A stretch of 64,000 bases of DNA from a bacterium (GCA_963662285.2 CAXXMV010000006.1:800001-864000), one strand, 5' to 3'; numbered from the stretch's first letter, positions 9,596 through 19,916 are shown. The notes: a model not told the origin generated them from the letters alone. Numbers and translations: made by a program.

Positions 9596-10455
9596 AAGAT
9601 TACTATAAAAAATTTCTTGGCGACGATATTGAACTTTCGTCATATGATCAATCGAAAGTTGTCGTGCTGCCTTTTGGATACGAGGGTGGGGTTTCTTATG
9701 GCAAAGGAACTGCTGAAGGACCGGACGCCATCCTTGATGCTTCAAGCCAATTGGAACTGTATGATGAAGTTATCAAAGCAGAGCCGTATAAAATCGGAAT
9801 TTACACTGTAGAGCCGCCCGCCATTCCCGATACTCCAGAAGAGATGGTAGAGACGCTTTATCAATTCGTCCAACCTATTCTTTCCAAGGACAAACTGGTC
9901 GCGCTGGTGGGGGGCGACCACTCGATAACGCTTGGTTACTACAAGGCCTTACTCAAAAAACATGGCCGATTATCTGTAATACAACTGGATGCTCATGCTG
10001 ATTTGCGCCATGAATACTTAGGCTCACCGTTAAGTCATGCCTGCATTATGTCGCGCATTCGCGAGTTTACCTCTGATACTCTGCAAATCGGCATCCGCAG
10101 TCTCTCTTATGAAGAGTCAAAGCGAATCCAGCCAGAACGCATTAACCTTTGTACAATGCATGATTACCGCACAAAGCACTTCGATATCGATGCGGCGATC
10201 AAACAACTGCCCGATCCTGTTTTTATTACATTTGACGTTGATGTGATGGATTGGAGCGTTATCCGAAGCACCGGTACGCCGGAACCTGGCGGTTTCACTT
10301 GGGATGAATGCTTGAGTCTGTTAAACAAGATTTTCACCCGAAAAAATGTCGTCGGTTTTGACTTGGTTGAATACGCCTATGATCCAGCCGATGTGAACTC
10401 GGCGTTTGCGGCGGCGAAATTGCTTTACAAAATGATAACCTATAAGTTTTTCTGA
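9592..10455 (+). CDS. speB: Agmatinase
   Basis: Ureohydrolase motifs GGDHS, DAHADL, DVD and TGTPEPGG; ATGA overlap with the upstream gene. Confidence 0.9.
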   Translation: MKDYYKKFLGDDIELSSYDQSKVVVLPFGYEGGVSYGKGTAEGPDAILDASSQLELYDEVIKAEPYKIGIYTVEPPAIPDTPEEMVETLYQFVQPILSKDKLVALVGGDHSITLGYYKALLKKHGRLSVIQLDAHADLRHEYLGSPLSHACIMSRIREFTSDTLQIGIRSLSYEESKRIQPERINLCTMHDYRTKHFDIDAAIKQLPDPVFITFDVDVMDWSVIRSTGTPEPGGFTWDECLSLLNKIFTRKNVVGFDLVEYAYDPADVNSAFAAAKLLYKMITYKFF

Positions 10456-10515
10456 CATCCCGGTGGGCGCCAAGAGTAAACCATAGCCAAATTCAGACCA
10501 AAAACACTGGTCAGG

Positions 10516-11010
10516 CTATGTAACCAGACGTTTTATTTCTTTCATAATCAGAAACAGAAGATAGGGATTTGTCGGGCTGGCGTCAAAGTTGAAATATTGG
10601 TAAAAATCTTTTGCTTCCTTGTCCTTGGCGTGAACCAGCAAGGCTCTGATGCCCGCAATATCCGCCGCTTGCGCTGTGCGTTGCAGTGCGTTTTTAAGTA
10701 ACGCTTTCCCTAATCCCTGACCATGAAACTGGCTATCTACAGCTAAACGGGCCAGAATCATGACTGGAACGGGATATTTGGGCAATCCTTTTTTTATCCG
10801 TTCAGGGACATCCGGATGCAGGATGCTGCCAACTGTAAGGGAATAATAAGCCACGACTTGTTTTGCCTGGCAAGCGACATAGGTTTGAGAACTCTCTGCC
10901 TGTTGATTGATAAGGGCGAACTGTTTCAAAAAACGGTTGAGTTCTTCTTTTCCACAATCGAAAGTATCAACCTCATGTCTGGAGCATAATTTTTCTATTG
11001 GAGAGAACAT
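10516..11010 (-). CDS. GNAT acetyltransferase toxin (TacT/AtaT-like)
   Basis: FDCGKEELNRFL, ILARLAVD..FHGQGLG and LVHAKD; lies downstream of the DUF1778 antitoxin. Confidence 0.9.
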   Translation of the reverse strand: MFSPIEKLCSRHEVDTFDCGKEELNRFLKQFALINQQAESSQTYVACQAKQVVAYYSLTVGSILHPDVPERIKKGLPKYPVPVMILARLAVDSQFHGQGLGKALLKNALQRTAQAADIAGIRALLVHAKDKEAKDFYQYFNFDASPTNPYLLFLIMKEIKRLVT

Positions 11011-11027
11011 ATTGTTTATTTTATAGA

Positions 11028-11327
11028 TTATTGTTCCAATATAGTCTGTTCTTTCATAAGTTTTTCTAAACGCGGGCGTGCTTTTGGGGGAGCATCCAGC
11101 GCTGCCAGGAAAGCGCCCCACTCTTCTTTATCAAGGACAAATACCCGTTGATCAGTTAGAACTGATTCGGCTTCCCGGCAAGCTGTTTCCAGCATGAAAT
11201 CTGAGCGGGTTTTTCCTAGATATTCCGCTGCGCAATCTATCAAATCCCTTTGTTTTTCATGGGCGCGGATACTGATTTTGATATCGCGGGTATTTTTTGG
11301 ATAGGTTGTGGAATCTGATCGAGACAT
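11028..11327 (-). CDS. DUF1778 ribbon-helix-helix antitoxin (TacA/AtaR-like)
   Basis: ISIRA..RDLIDCAAEYLGKTRSDFMLETACREAE..F.LD.EEW..F..ALDAPP pattern. Confidence 0.9.
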   Translation of the reverse strand: MSRSDSTTYPKNTRDIKISIRAHEKQRDLIDCAAEYLGKTRSDFMLETACREAESVLTDQRVFVLDKEEWGAFLAALDAPPKARPRLEKLMKEQTILEQ

Positions 11328-11365
11328 AGTTTAAATTCCTTTCTCTATGATGTAGGATACTATTT

Positions 11366-11388
11366 ATGTCCTGACATTGTCAATACAT
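11366..11388. promoter_or_regulatory. Probable toxin-antitoxin autorepression operator
   Basis: Palindrome atgt-cc-tgaca-t-tgtca-at-acat about 40 bp upstream of the antitoxin start. Confidence 0.55.
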
Positions 11389-11496
11389 TTATTGCCCGGC
11401 TAAAAGATCGTTCCCCAAAAACGTGATTTACAAAAGATCGAAATCCCCTACAATATAGTACAGTCATTCATTCACGCAAAATTGGAGAACGAAAAA

Positions 11497-11730
11497 GTGA
11501 AAACTGGCGCTCAATTCATAACGGAATTTGAAAAACTTGCTCCAGAGGAAAAACAGATTGTGGTTGATTATGTTGTTTCCAGCGGGGATGGGATATTTAA
11601 GGAAACTGATTATTCTCCTGAAATAATGGCCGAAATTGAACACGATTTAGAAGAAGCCCGTCAGGGAATTAATGTGAGTCCAGAACTGGAAGGCGAAGAA
11701 GCGGTAAACTATCTGAGAAGATTACTGTAA
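11497..11730 (+). CDS. Small acidic hypothetical protein, antitoxin-like, with no toxin partner
   Basis: GGAG before the GTG start; EIEHDLEEARQG..S..LEGEEAVNYL resembles RelB/ParD-type antitoxin C-termini. Confidence 0.5.
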   Translation: MKTGAQFITEFEKLAPEEKQIVVDYVVSSGDGIFKETDYSPEIMAEIEHDLEEARQGINVSPELEGEEAVNYLRRLL

Positions 11731-11743
11731 ATCTGAGTGACTC

Positions 11744-11810
11744 AATCAAGGGCTGACCGCAATGCGGTCTTGCCCTTGCCACCCATCCTGCATATCCTGA
11801 TTCAGACAAA
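11744..11810 (-). repeat. REP-like palindrome (GGGTGGCAAGGGCA family) abutting a half copy of the TGTCTGAATCAGGAT family
   Basis: aatcaagggctgaccgcaatgcggtcttgcccttgccaccc followed by atcctgcatatcctgattcagaca. Confidence 0.75.
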
Positions 11811-11823
11811 AATTCAAAAAGAC

Positions 11824-11855
11824 AAAAAAAGGCCGCTGAAAAATCAGCGGCCTTT
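11824..11855 (-). terminator. Rho-independent terminator of fba
   Basis: aaaaaaaggccgctga-aaaa-tcagcggccttt hairpin with a U-tract on the minus strand. Confidence 0.85.
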
Positions 11856-11889
11856 GGTTTGTATGTTATGATAATCTAATGGCTTAGGC

Positions 11890-12924
11890 TCAGTATTTGG
11901 CGGCCATGTCGATCAGGGTTACGATCTTGATTTTGTCAGCGTTGCCAGCCTGTCCAAAAGCGATCATGCGGGCTTTGCAAACTTCCTTCATGGCGGCGCG
12001 GGCTGGAACCAGGTATGAACGTGGGTCGAATTCGGCTGGTTTTTCGGCGAATAGTTTGCGGATGGCGCCAGTGATGGCTAAGCGGTTGTCGGTATCGACG
12101 TTGATTTTGCGAACGCCGCTCTTGATTCCACGCTGGATTTCTTCAACCGGAACGCCATAGGCTTTCTTCATGTTGCCGCCATGACTGTTGATGATGTCAA
12201 CCAATTCTTCGGGAACAGATGAAGAACCGTGCATAACCAGGTGAGTGTTAGGCAGTACGGCGTGAATTTTCTCAATCTGAGTCATGGCCAGAACTTCACC
12301 GGTTGGTTTAGTGGTGAATTTGTATGCTCCGTGGCTGGTTCCGATGGCAACAGCTAATGCGTCTACGCCAGTCATTTCAACGAATTTTTTGGCTTCTTCA
12401 GGATCAGTCAACAACTGTGATTTGTCCAGAGCGCCTTCAAATCCATGTCCATCTTCTTTGTCGCCCATGCCGGTTTCGAGACTTCCCAGGCAGCCCAGTT
12501 CTCCTTCAACGCTAACGCCTTTGGCGTGAGCTTTGTTAACAACCTGCTTGGTGGTGTCGGCGTTGTATTCGAATGATGCAGGCGTCTTGCCATCTTCCAT
12601 CAATGAGCCGTCCATCATAACGCTGGTGAATCCCTGGTCGATAGCTGACGAACAGGTTTCAACGCTGTTGCCATGATCCAGGTGCATGCAGATAGGAAGG
12701 TTAGGATAAAGTTCGGCAGCTGCCAGCATCAGGTGACGCAGGTAGTTGTCGTTGGCATATTTGCGGGCGCCGCGGCTGGCTTGAATGATAACGGGTGAAT
12801 TGGTTTCATCAGCCGCTTCCATGATAGCCTGAATCTGCTCCATGTTGTTAACGTTAAGAGCCGCAATTCCATAATTGTTTTCAGCGGCGTGATCCAGCAT
12901 AATTCTCATCGGTACCAAAGGCAT
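11890..12924 (-). CDS. fba: Class II fructose-bisphosphate aldolase
   Basis: [37 protein letters not shown] and KINVDTD. Confidence 0.95.
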   Translation of the reverse strand: MPLVPMRIMLDHAAENNYGIAALNVNNMEQIQAIMEAADETNSPVIIQASRGARKYANDNYLRHLMLAAAELYPNLPICMHLDHGNSVETCSSAIDQGFTSVMMDGSLMEDGKTPASFEYNADTTKQVVNKAHAKGVSVEGELGCLGSLETGMGDKEDGHGFEGALDKSQLLTDPEEAKKFVEMTGVDALAVAIGTSHGAYKFTTKPTGEVLAMTQIEKIHAVLPNTHLVMHGSSSVPEELVDIINSHGGNMKKAYGVPVEEIQRGIKSGVRKINVDTDNRLAITGAIRKLFAEKPAEFDPRSYLVPARAAMKEVCKARMIAFGQAGNADKIKIVTLIDMAAKY

Positions 12925-13185
12925 CGTGTTAATCTCCTTTTTGTGTTTAAATAAAATAATTTAAGGACTTTTGTATATATTGAATTCGGTAAAGCGGATA
13001 TCCGAATTATTTACGTGGCTTATAGTATATAATAGTTTATCGCAGGATAAAGAAAAGCGGAATACCCTCATAAGAACCGCATAATAAAGTTTACTAATTT
13101 CTCACAATATTTTGCATAAATGTTATGAAAATGATAAAAAAGGTTGAAAAAGGATAAAAAATTTGACTTATTCCTTAATAAAATC

Positions 13186-13214
13186 TTGCTTTAGGTTCAG
13201 GAATATTGTATAAC
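13186..13214 (+). promoter_or_regulatory. Putative sigma-70 promoter for the 13368-16261 operon
   Basis: TTGCTT-17 nt-TATAAC. Confidence 0.5.
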
Positions 13215-13367
13215 AAATCATATAGTTAAAATATATTATTGGATCAACCATCTCAAAACTGCTCTTTTTGCTGAGATGCAGATGATAAATTGAAGGATAT
13301 ATCGCGAAATATTATTATTGGACAGAACAGAATTGTATCAAAAATAGATTGAGTTGAATATTGGGTT

Positions 13368-14621
13368 ATGGACCAGAACATCTGTGCAGAAATAGTATCA
13401 AAACACGGGAAAGAGTCTTATTCCTTCTTTAATGAGCCAGTTCCGGTCAGTCAAGACGGATACAAAGCTCTCATGGAAGATATGATCCGTGAAGCTAAAC
13501 GGCTTGCCGGACTTCTGTCTGTATATATGGATGAGATTTCATTCGGACATTCAATTTCACAGATTAAGTTTATTGTTATATATGACTCGGAAACCTGCGA
13601 CGAGCATAACCTGAAATTTGATCAGGTTTTGCGTACTATCGGAACGCGAAATATTGTTGATACCGATTTTGTCTCGGTTGATCAGAAACTACTCGAAAAT
13701 TTCCCCAAATTTGATTGCTTGCTCAATCCCCAGTGGGTTATGGGGAAAAAATTAGAGATTCAACAACCTTCGTCAAACGAGATCCGCTTTTTTAATATTT
13801 CGATAGTGCTTGACCTTCTATGTAGTGGATTTCTGCGCGACTTCTTCCTGTGGGAAGTGGAACGTAAGATTAATACCCGCGAAGCTTTATGGAAATTAAA
13901 GCGGGTGCGGCGATTGGTAGATTTGGCGAAAACTATCCTCAAAAAAGAACCTGCCCGTTGGGCGAAATATATGGATACCGTACATTCCATGTGCGACAGT
14001 TGGTTCGAAATGGGGATTGAGCGTTACCGTATGCTGATGTGGACCGTGCGCGAGGGTATATGTATTCTGTTTGAAATCATTGCTGATATTAAAGAATATT
14101 TTGAACGGGCGCGCGTCGTCAATTTGAAACTGGATTCCAATGTTAACGCCCAGCATGCTTTGATCGTAACCGATAGAGTAGCAACTTATTTTATTGACGA
14201 TTGGAAAGCGGAAGAAGCTTTTGAAAAGATGATCTGGTGTCGGGAAAAACTGGGTCAGTTTATTACGGTGCTGCCAACATCATTCGCATTGCAACTATAT
14301 GAGTACACCAAAGGACATAACTCTTTCAGCAGGTATGTTAAATCATGCTTTGCAGTGGAAGGCATCAGCGGAAATATGGAGCGCTCCTATATCTCTCTGG
14401 AACGTTCAAAAATCCTCAATCATTATCTTAATTTTAAGATGAAACTTGGCTTATCCCTCGATGACGATACAATCTTCCATTGTAACCTGCGTGATGGATC
14501 AGCGCTGGCCAAAGCTACCAACATGATGAATGTTCAGAAGAACAAAGTCAGGTTGAAACGGGTGCAGCGCATCCTGCGTGGGGAAGAAGAACCATCAGTT
14601 GAACTAGTCGAGGAAGGTTAG
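13368..14621 (+). CDS. Hypothetical protein, possibly a degenerate nucleotidyltransferase fold
   Basis: 417 aa ORF co-oriented with lysA, 8 bp gap; N-terminal SVY..EISFGHSISQIKFIVI. Confidence 0.6.
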   Translation: MDQNICAEIVSKHGKESYSFFNEPVPVSQDGYKALMEDMIREAKRLAGLLSVYMDEISFGHSISQIKFIVIYDSETCDEHNLKFDQVLRTIGTRNIVDTDFVSVDQKLLENFPKFDCLLNPQWVMGKKLEIQQPSSNEIRFFNISIVLDLLCSGFLRDFFLWEVERKINTREALWKLKRVRRLVDLAKTILKKEPARWAKYMDTVHSMCDSWFEMGIERYRMLMWTVREGICILFEIIADIKEYFERARVVNLKLDSNVNAQHALIVTDRVATYFIDDWKAEEAFEKMIWCREKLGQFITVLPTSFALQLYEYTKGHNSFSRYVKSCFAVEGISGNMERSYISLERSKILNHYLNFKMKLGLSLDDDTIFHCNLRDGSALAKATNMMNVQKNKVRLKRVQRILRGEEEPSVELVEEG

Positions 14622-14629
14622 AGTAATCC

Positions 14630-15898
14630 ATGAATCATAATTACGATGCTAAATCCCGCTGCTTCCAGTACCGGGAAGGTCGCCTATTTGTTGAAAATGT
14701 AAGCGTGCAGGCGTTGGCCGCCGAATATGGCTCTCCAACTTATGTCTATTCGCAGCAAGACATTCTTGATGCGTTTAATGGATATAAAAATGGTTTGGAT
14801 GGCATCCCCCATTTGATCGCTTTCGCTGTTAAGGCTAATGGCAATCTCGCTATTCTCAAACGCCTGGCACAGGAAGGCGCTGGCGCCGACCTGACGTCGG
14901 GCGGCGAATTAATGCTGTCGCTCAAAGCGGGCATCCCTGCCGGACGCATGATCTATTCGGGCGTAGGCAAGACCGACGACGAAATTAAGCTCGCTCTCGA
15001 CGCTGGCATATTAATGTTCAACGTTGAATCAGAACCGGAATTGCAACGGTTGGCGTATTTAGCCGATCAATCCGGCAAGGTTGCGCCTATCGCTATCCGG
15101 GTAAACCCCAATATCGACGCTAATACTCATCCCAAAATCAGTACTGGCCTGAATAAACATAAGTTCGGCGTACCGGTTGAACCAGCCTATGATTTATATC
15201 AAAAAGCAGCTGGTATGAAATCGCTCAAAGCTGTTGGCATCGCCGCTCATATAGGTTCGTCTTTGATGGATACCAAGCCTTTGCTTGATTCACTGAACCT
15301 GCTGATGGATTTCCGTAGCAACTTGCAGGATAAAGGCATTGAAATTCCCTATCTCGACATGGGCGGCGGATTAGGCATCCAGTATGAAACTGATGCTCCC
15401 GAAACTCCTTTTTCCTATGCGCTTAAACTTAAAGAACGCATCAAAGATGCTGAAATTAGCTTGATTATCGAGCCTGGCCGCTCCATGGTCGGCAACGCAG
15501 GATTGTTGCTCTGCCGCGTTACCTACGTTAAAAAGAATGCTGAGAGAACTTTCGTGATAGTTGATGCGGGGATGAACTCACTCGCCCGGCCTGCCATATA
15601 CGGCGCTTTCCATGATATCGTTCCAGAAAACATTAAAAATGGCGAATCCCATAAGGTCGATGTTGTCGGTCCTATTTGTGAATCCAGCGATGTGTTTGGC
15701 CGTGAAATGCCTTTGCCTGATTGTGAAACCGGAGATATCCTGGCCATCTGTTCCGCTGGCGCCTATGGCTTTTCTATGTCCTCTAATTACAACGGTCAGT
15801 TGAAGCCCGCTGAAGTACTGGTTGATGGAGATAATCATCGTCTGGTGCGGCAGCGCGAGACCTATGATGATTTATTCCGTGGACAGCTAATTGATTAA
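14630..15898 (+). CDS. lysA: Diaminopimelate decarboxylase
   Basis: FAVKAN (PLP Lys), HIGS, GGGLG, EPGR, GPICESSD and GAYG..MSSNYN. Confidence 0.95.
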   Translation: MNHNYDAKSRCFQYREGRLFVENVSVQALAAEYGSPTYVYSQQDILDAFNGYKNGLDGIPHLIAFAVKANGNLAILKRLAQEGAGADLTSGGELMLSLKAGIPAGRMIYSGVGKTDDEIKLALDAGILMFNVESEPELQRLAYLADQSGKVAPIAIRVNPNIDANTHPKISTGLNKHKFGVPVEPAYDLYQKAAGMKSLKAVGIAAHIGSSLMDTKPLLDSLNLLMDFRSNLQDKGIEIPYLDMGGGLGIQYETDAPETPFSYALKLKERIKDAEISLIIEPGRSMVGNAGLLLCRVTYVKKNAERTFVIVDAGMNSLARPAIYGAFHDIVPENIKNGESHKVDVVGPICESSDVFGREMPLPDCETGDILAICSAGAYGFSMSSNYNGQLKPAEVLVDGDNHRLVRQRETYDDLFRGQLID

Positions 15899-15916
15899 CT
15901 AATAAAGAGGAAGACA

Positions 15917-16261
15917 ATGCAGAAGATTAATTCTAACGATATTGAGTGGTCCTGGGGTGATTCCGGCGTTAAATACGTCATGCAAGGCCCTAATGTTGAA
16001 TGGGGCGTCTTGAAGATGAAACCGGGGCAATCATCCAAAGATTACGGCAAGCATGTTCATCATCAAGTTGAAGAGACTTTCTATTTCCTAGAGGGAACTC
16101 CCACTTTCGTGGTTAACGGGGAAGAGCACCGGATTAAACCGGGCGATGCATTCCGCATTGAGGCGCATGATTCCCATGATCTTATCAACGATTCTGATCA
16201 AGACCTGGTCGCTATCTTCATCAAATTTCCCTATAATCCAGAAGACAGGCATGAAGATTAA
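15917..16261 (+). CDS. Cupin domain protein
   Basis: HVH..VEETFYFLEG and H..IN cupin motifs. Confidence 0.85.
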   Translation: MQKINSNDIEWSWGDSGVKYVMQGPNVEWGVLKMKPGQSSKDYGKHVHHQVEETFYFLEGTPTFVVNGEEHRIKPGDAFRIEAHDSHDLINDSDQDLVAIFIKFPYNPEDRHED

Positions 16262-16283
16262 GATTTGATATTAGTGATATTGC

Positions 16284-16319
16284 AATCCCCTTTCGCTTAG
16301 ACATTGGTGAAAGGGGATT
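16284..16319. terminator. Hairpin between convergent genes
   Basis: aatcccctttcgc...gtgaaaggggatt. Confidence 0.6.
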
Positions 16320-16338
16320 AATTATAGTAGTTGGTCGT

Positions 16339-16698
16339 TCAACCTAATGGATGCTCTGCAATAACATATTCCTCAACTGGATTGCCCCCTATCAGATGTT
16401 GCTGAATAATCATCTCCAGCACCTCCGAAGTGCAACTGCGATACCAAATTCCCTCTGGATACACTACAGCGATTGGACCGTCGCAGCATATTCTCAGGCA
16501 ATTGGCTTTAGTCCGGAAAACGCCTCCATCTCTGGTGAGTTCCAGTTCGTCGAGCCGTCGCTTCAAATAATTCCATGATTCCAGACCAGCTGCTTTACTG
16601 GAGCAGTTGGTTTTGGTCTGATCGCAGCATAGAAAAATATGTCGCTGGATTTTATTGATTGCAAGAGATTCGATGATTGGCGGCAGTCTTGAATCCAT
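16339..16698 (-). CDS. Thioredoxin-like [2Fe-2S] ferredoxin
   Basis: [28 protein letters not shown]. Confidence 0.9.
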   Translation of the reverse strand: MDSRLPPIIESLAINKIQRHIFLCCDQTKTNCSSKAAGLESWNYLKRRLDELELTRDGGVFRTKANCLRICCDGPIAVVYPEGIWYRSCTSEVLEMIIQQHLIGGNPVEEYVIAEHPLG

Positions 16699-16787
16699 GA
16701 GGCATCCTTCCTTATTTAAGATTGTTTCGCGTCATCTAAAAAGTGAATATTATCTAGCGGGTTATTTCTTTGAGAGAGTGGTTAATA

Positions 16788-16936
16788 TCAACCCTCTCCT
16801 AACCTCTCCCAGTCTTGGGAGAGGAATGTTTGACTACAGTATTTTGTATAAATAAGTCAAAAGAATATAACTGGTTATATCTCCAAAACCCCTCTCCACC
16901 AAGCTTGGGGGAGAATTCAAGAGGGGGTTGTTTTCT
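16788..16936. repeat. About 150 bp MITE/REP-doublet, copy 1
   Basis: Imperfect inverted termini caaccctctcctaacctctccc...ggggagaattcaagagggggttg; direct copy at 18002-18149. Confidence 0.85.
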
Positions 16937-17027
16937 CAAACTGAAGATATTTCATTCGGCGTTATTATCATCATATAACTGTTGTTTTTATGATTAATCG
17001 AATCTTTATAGTACAAAACTATTTGGA

Positions 17028-17803
17028 TTATTTCGAGGGCATCTCCTTATCGCTGAAATTTATTCCGCAATATAGTTTGGTCTCTTTACCGGGATTGGCG
17101 TCACGTATATGGCGCCAGCGCCCCATACGTTCATCTTCTCCTATTTTTATAGGAGTTGTGCATGTAGCGCAGCTATGCTGGGATAGCCCATATAATGCAG
17201 CGGATGTACCAATACCTTGTTGTCTTTTATATATTCTTCCACTCTATCACGATTCCAATTGGCCAGGGGATGAATTTTATATACTCCGATACGTTTATCT
17301 TCAGAAACAATGCCTATATTCTTCCGCGTCCCTCCTTCTGACCTCATTAAACCAGAAAGCATGGCATGAAATGGTTTCGCCGCCCGCAAATAAGGCTCTT
17401 CTTTACGCAATTTGCAGCAAAGCTGATAGTCGCCATCTTTCTTGAATAACTTACGACCGTATTCCTGTTCTTGAACTTTGGGAGTCTTTTCGGGCAGATA
17501 AGTTATGATATTCACTCCATATTCAGCATTCATCTGGTCGCGTAACTGGAGCGTCTCAGGGAAATGATATCCGGTATCGATGAATATTATCTCGGTCTCT
17601 TTTAATCCGGCCATATAGAGCAGATGAGTTAAAACAGACGCCGTCTTCTGCATACTTGACAACATGGCCAGTTTAGAAGCAAATGTTTCAAAGCCCCAGC
17701 GGATAATTTCTTGAGGACTCTTATTTTCAAGTTCCTCATTTACCGCTTCAAGATCAATGATCTGTTTTTCCTGCTGGATATGATGTGGAGAATGTGTATT
17801 CAT
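17028..17803 (-). pseudogene. cysH: APS/PAPS reductase (CysH family) with a 1-nt frameshift near 17173 (real, or an assembly error)
   Basis: FIDTGYHF, CCKLRK and HPL..GYPSI. Restoring one G gives IGCATCTTP..EDERMGRW..YCGI and a stop at 17028-17030. Confidence 0.85.
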
Positions 17804-18001
17804 GATCTTTATCCCTTAAAATTAGATATTTCTTGAGCAGATTATCCTTGCTATATACATGAGTAAGTTTATCTATCTAGTAATGTATATATGTATTGTA
17901 GATATTAGGAATTAATTATCAAATAAAATTTGATAATTAACTTGGGGATTTATAGTGGAGTTAGGACTATTCTGTTTATTTCTTTGTGGGAGTTGTTAAA
18001 T

Positions 18002-18149
18002 TCAACCCTCTCCTAACCTCTCCCAGTCTTGGGAGAGGAATGTATGACTATAGTATTTGATATTACTAAGTCAAATTAATATAACTGTTTATATATCAAA
18101 ATCCCTCTCCCCCAAGTTTGGGGGAGAATTCAAGAGGGGGTTGTTTTCT
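18002..18149. repeat. About 150 bp MITE/REP-doublet, copy 2
   Basis: Colinear with 16788-16936; the arms are nearly identical and the spacer has diverged. Confidence 0.85.
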
Positions 18150-18227
18150 ATAAACTAGAGATTTTCCAATTGACTTTAGAATGATAATCTAACTGCTGTT
18201 ATTAGAGTAACATCAATCAACTTATTG

Positions 18228-19916
18228 TTACTTGTTATCTATTAGCATATTCCTGAAATACAGATGTTCGTCGCCAGTCGACCAGCTTTTGGTGCAGATG
18301 TCGATATCTCCGTCACCGTCGACATCGGCGCCCACTGCTTCATGACAAGGCTTTTCGGTAATGAAGTGTTCGATCCATTGCTGGCTGGTGGGGCATTTAC
18401 CCGCTCCGGCAGTGTTTTCCCAGATATAGCAGTTCTTCTTGTCTGATGTGGATAGTGGACCTCCCCCGGAAAAGACATCCATGTCGCCGTCGTTGTCGAA
18501 ATCGGCCACTACCAGTGAATGGAAATCCTGCCCATCGCCTTTGTCTTTGATGATATGGCGCGTCCAGTCGCCTGAGCCGTCGTTTTCGAACCATGCCACT
18601 CGCGAGTCGGGGTTATCGGCTTCGGCCTGCACGAAATCGTTATCGCCGTCGCTGTCCATATCGAGTATCCAGGTGCGTACAGCGAGGCCGTATTTGTGAT
18701 GTTCGCCGAAATCTATGTTAATGTGCGCTTCCCACTTCAGCCCTTTACCATCGATGTTTTCATACCATGCCTGACCAGTGACAACGTCGTTGTCTCCGTC
18801 ACCATCAATATCACCCACCGCGTTGGGTGATACGCCGCCGTGGATCTTGTGCTGTTTGATAGTGGCGATGGCATGCGATTTCCAAATATGGGTGGGGTCT
18901 TCGGGAATCTCATACCAAAAAAGACCAGCCTTGTCGGAATTGGCGATAGCATCCATTTTGCCGTCGCCGTTGATATCACAGAATTCCGAATCGTGCGAAT
19001 TAATGGCGCCAATTTCGTGTACTTCAAACGGTTCGTCTTTGGGATTACCGGTGTTTAGCAGAATCTTGCTTCCGGAAAGCATGTCGATCCAGCCGTCGCC
19101 GTTTAGGTCATAGACATCACCGCCGACATCGCTGTCGCCCATACCCATATAGTGTTGCACCCACTTATCTGGACTCTGGTATTCCCACCACCAGATTTTG
19201 TAGCCTGCATGATGTGCTTGACCGGTTACCCAATCGAGATCGCCGTCTTTATCAATATCGACGAGAGAAGTCTGTCCCATCCGAATGCCTTGGTGGTCTA
19301 TGGTGTGAATATCGAATCGGGGAAAGCGTTCTTTCATCTCAGGGTAGCCCTTGAAGGTTCCACCCTTGGAGACCAGCACGATTTGTATGTGTACTTCCAT
19401 AGGGAAGCAGGCGGCGAGGATTTCCGGTGTGAGCCAATCGCCATGGTTCCAGCGGTCGTCAATCTGGCGTGATGGATAGGTAACCTTATCCCAAAGCACT
19501 ACCATGAGGCGGTTAATGGGTTGGGTGTAATTGACGTGGTGATTGTCGGGCTTCCACCATTCGTCGAGCGGTTGGTTCCATTGGTAGGTTTTGGCGGTGG
19601 TAAGATCGAAATGGTCGGAGAAATGTTCTCCGAAGGGGTGTTCGCCCTGTTGGAAGCCGAAATTGTATTTGACCAGGTCAGTGGTTGGTTTGTTCTTGAT
19701 GCGTAGGCGGAAATAAGCCGTTCCGTGGGCGTAATCGATTGGTTCGACTAGATTAGAGGGCATATCTGCATAGGGTTCGAAGATGCAGAAGCCCATCTTT
19801 TTGTCTATTCCTCCCTTGTCGGTATGAATAAAATTCTCATCCAACACGGTGATTTGTCCGGCTTGGATCGAGCTAGCGGCGCATAGGATTGTTAATAAAA
19901 GCAATAAGTTTTTCAT
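18228..19916 (-). CDS. Secreted FG-GAP/VCBS repeat beta-propeller protein
   Basis: Signal peptide and repeated DxDxDGDxD motifs. Confidence 0.85.
   Translation of the reverse strand: MKNLLLLLTILCAASSIQAGQITVLDENFIHTDKGGIDKKMGFCIFEPYADMPSNLVEPIDYAHGTAYFRLRIKNKPTTDLVKYNFGFQQGEHPFGEHFSDHFDLTTAKTYQWNQPLDEWWKPDNHHVNYTQPINRLMVVLWDKVTYPSRQIDDRWNHGDWLTPEILAACFPMEVHIQIVLVSKGGTFKGYPEMKERFPRFDIHTIDHQGIRMGQTSLVDIDKDGDLDWVTGQAHHAGYKIWWWEYQSPDKWVQHYMGMGDSDVGGDVYDLNGDGWIDMLSGSKILLNTGNPKDEPFEVHEIGAINSHDSEFCDINGDGKMDAIANSDKAGLFWYEIPEDPTHIWKSHAIATIKQHKIHGGVSPNAVGDIDGDGDNDVVTGQAWYENIDGKGLKWEAHINIDFGEHHKYGLAVRTWILDMDSDGDNDFVQAEADNPDSRVAWFENDGSGDWTRHIIKDKGDGQDFHSLVVADFDNDGDMDVFSGGGPLSTSDKKNCYIWENTAGAGKCPTSQQWIEHFITEKPCHEAVGADVDGDGDIDICTKSWSTGDEHLYFRNMLIDNK

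Noticed and set aside
11890-12924. Evidence of a Calvin cycle
   Set aside because: The aldolase resembles the CbbA-type subgroup, but no RuBisCO or phosphoribulokinase is nearby and this subtype also occurs in heterotrophs.
17160-17185. Programmed frameshift in cysH
   Set aside because: No slippery heptamer or homopolymer run at the site; a simple deletion or assembly error is more likely.
16990-17445. 151-aa plus-strand ORF
   Set aside because: Antisense shadow of cysH with no recognisable motifs.
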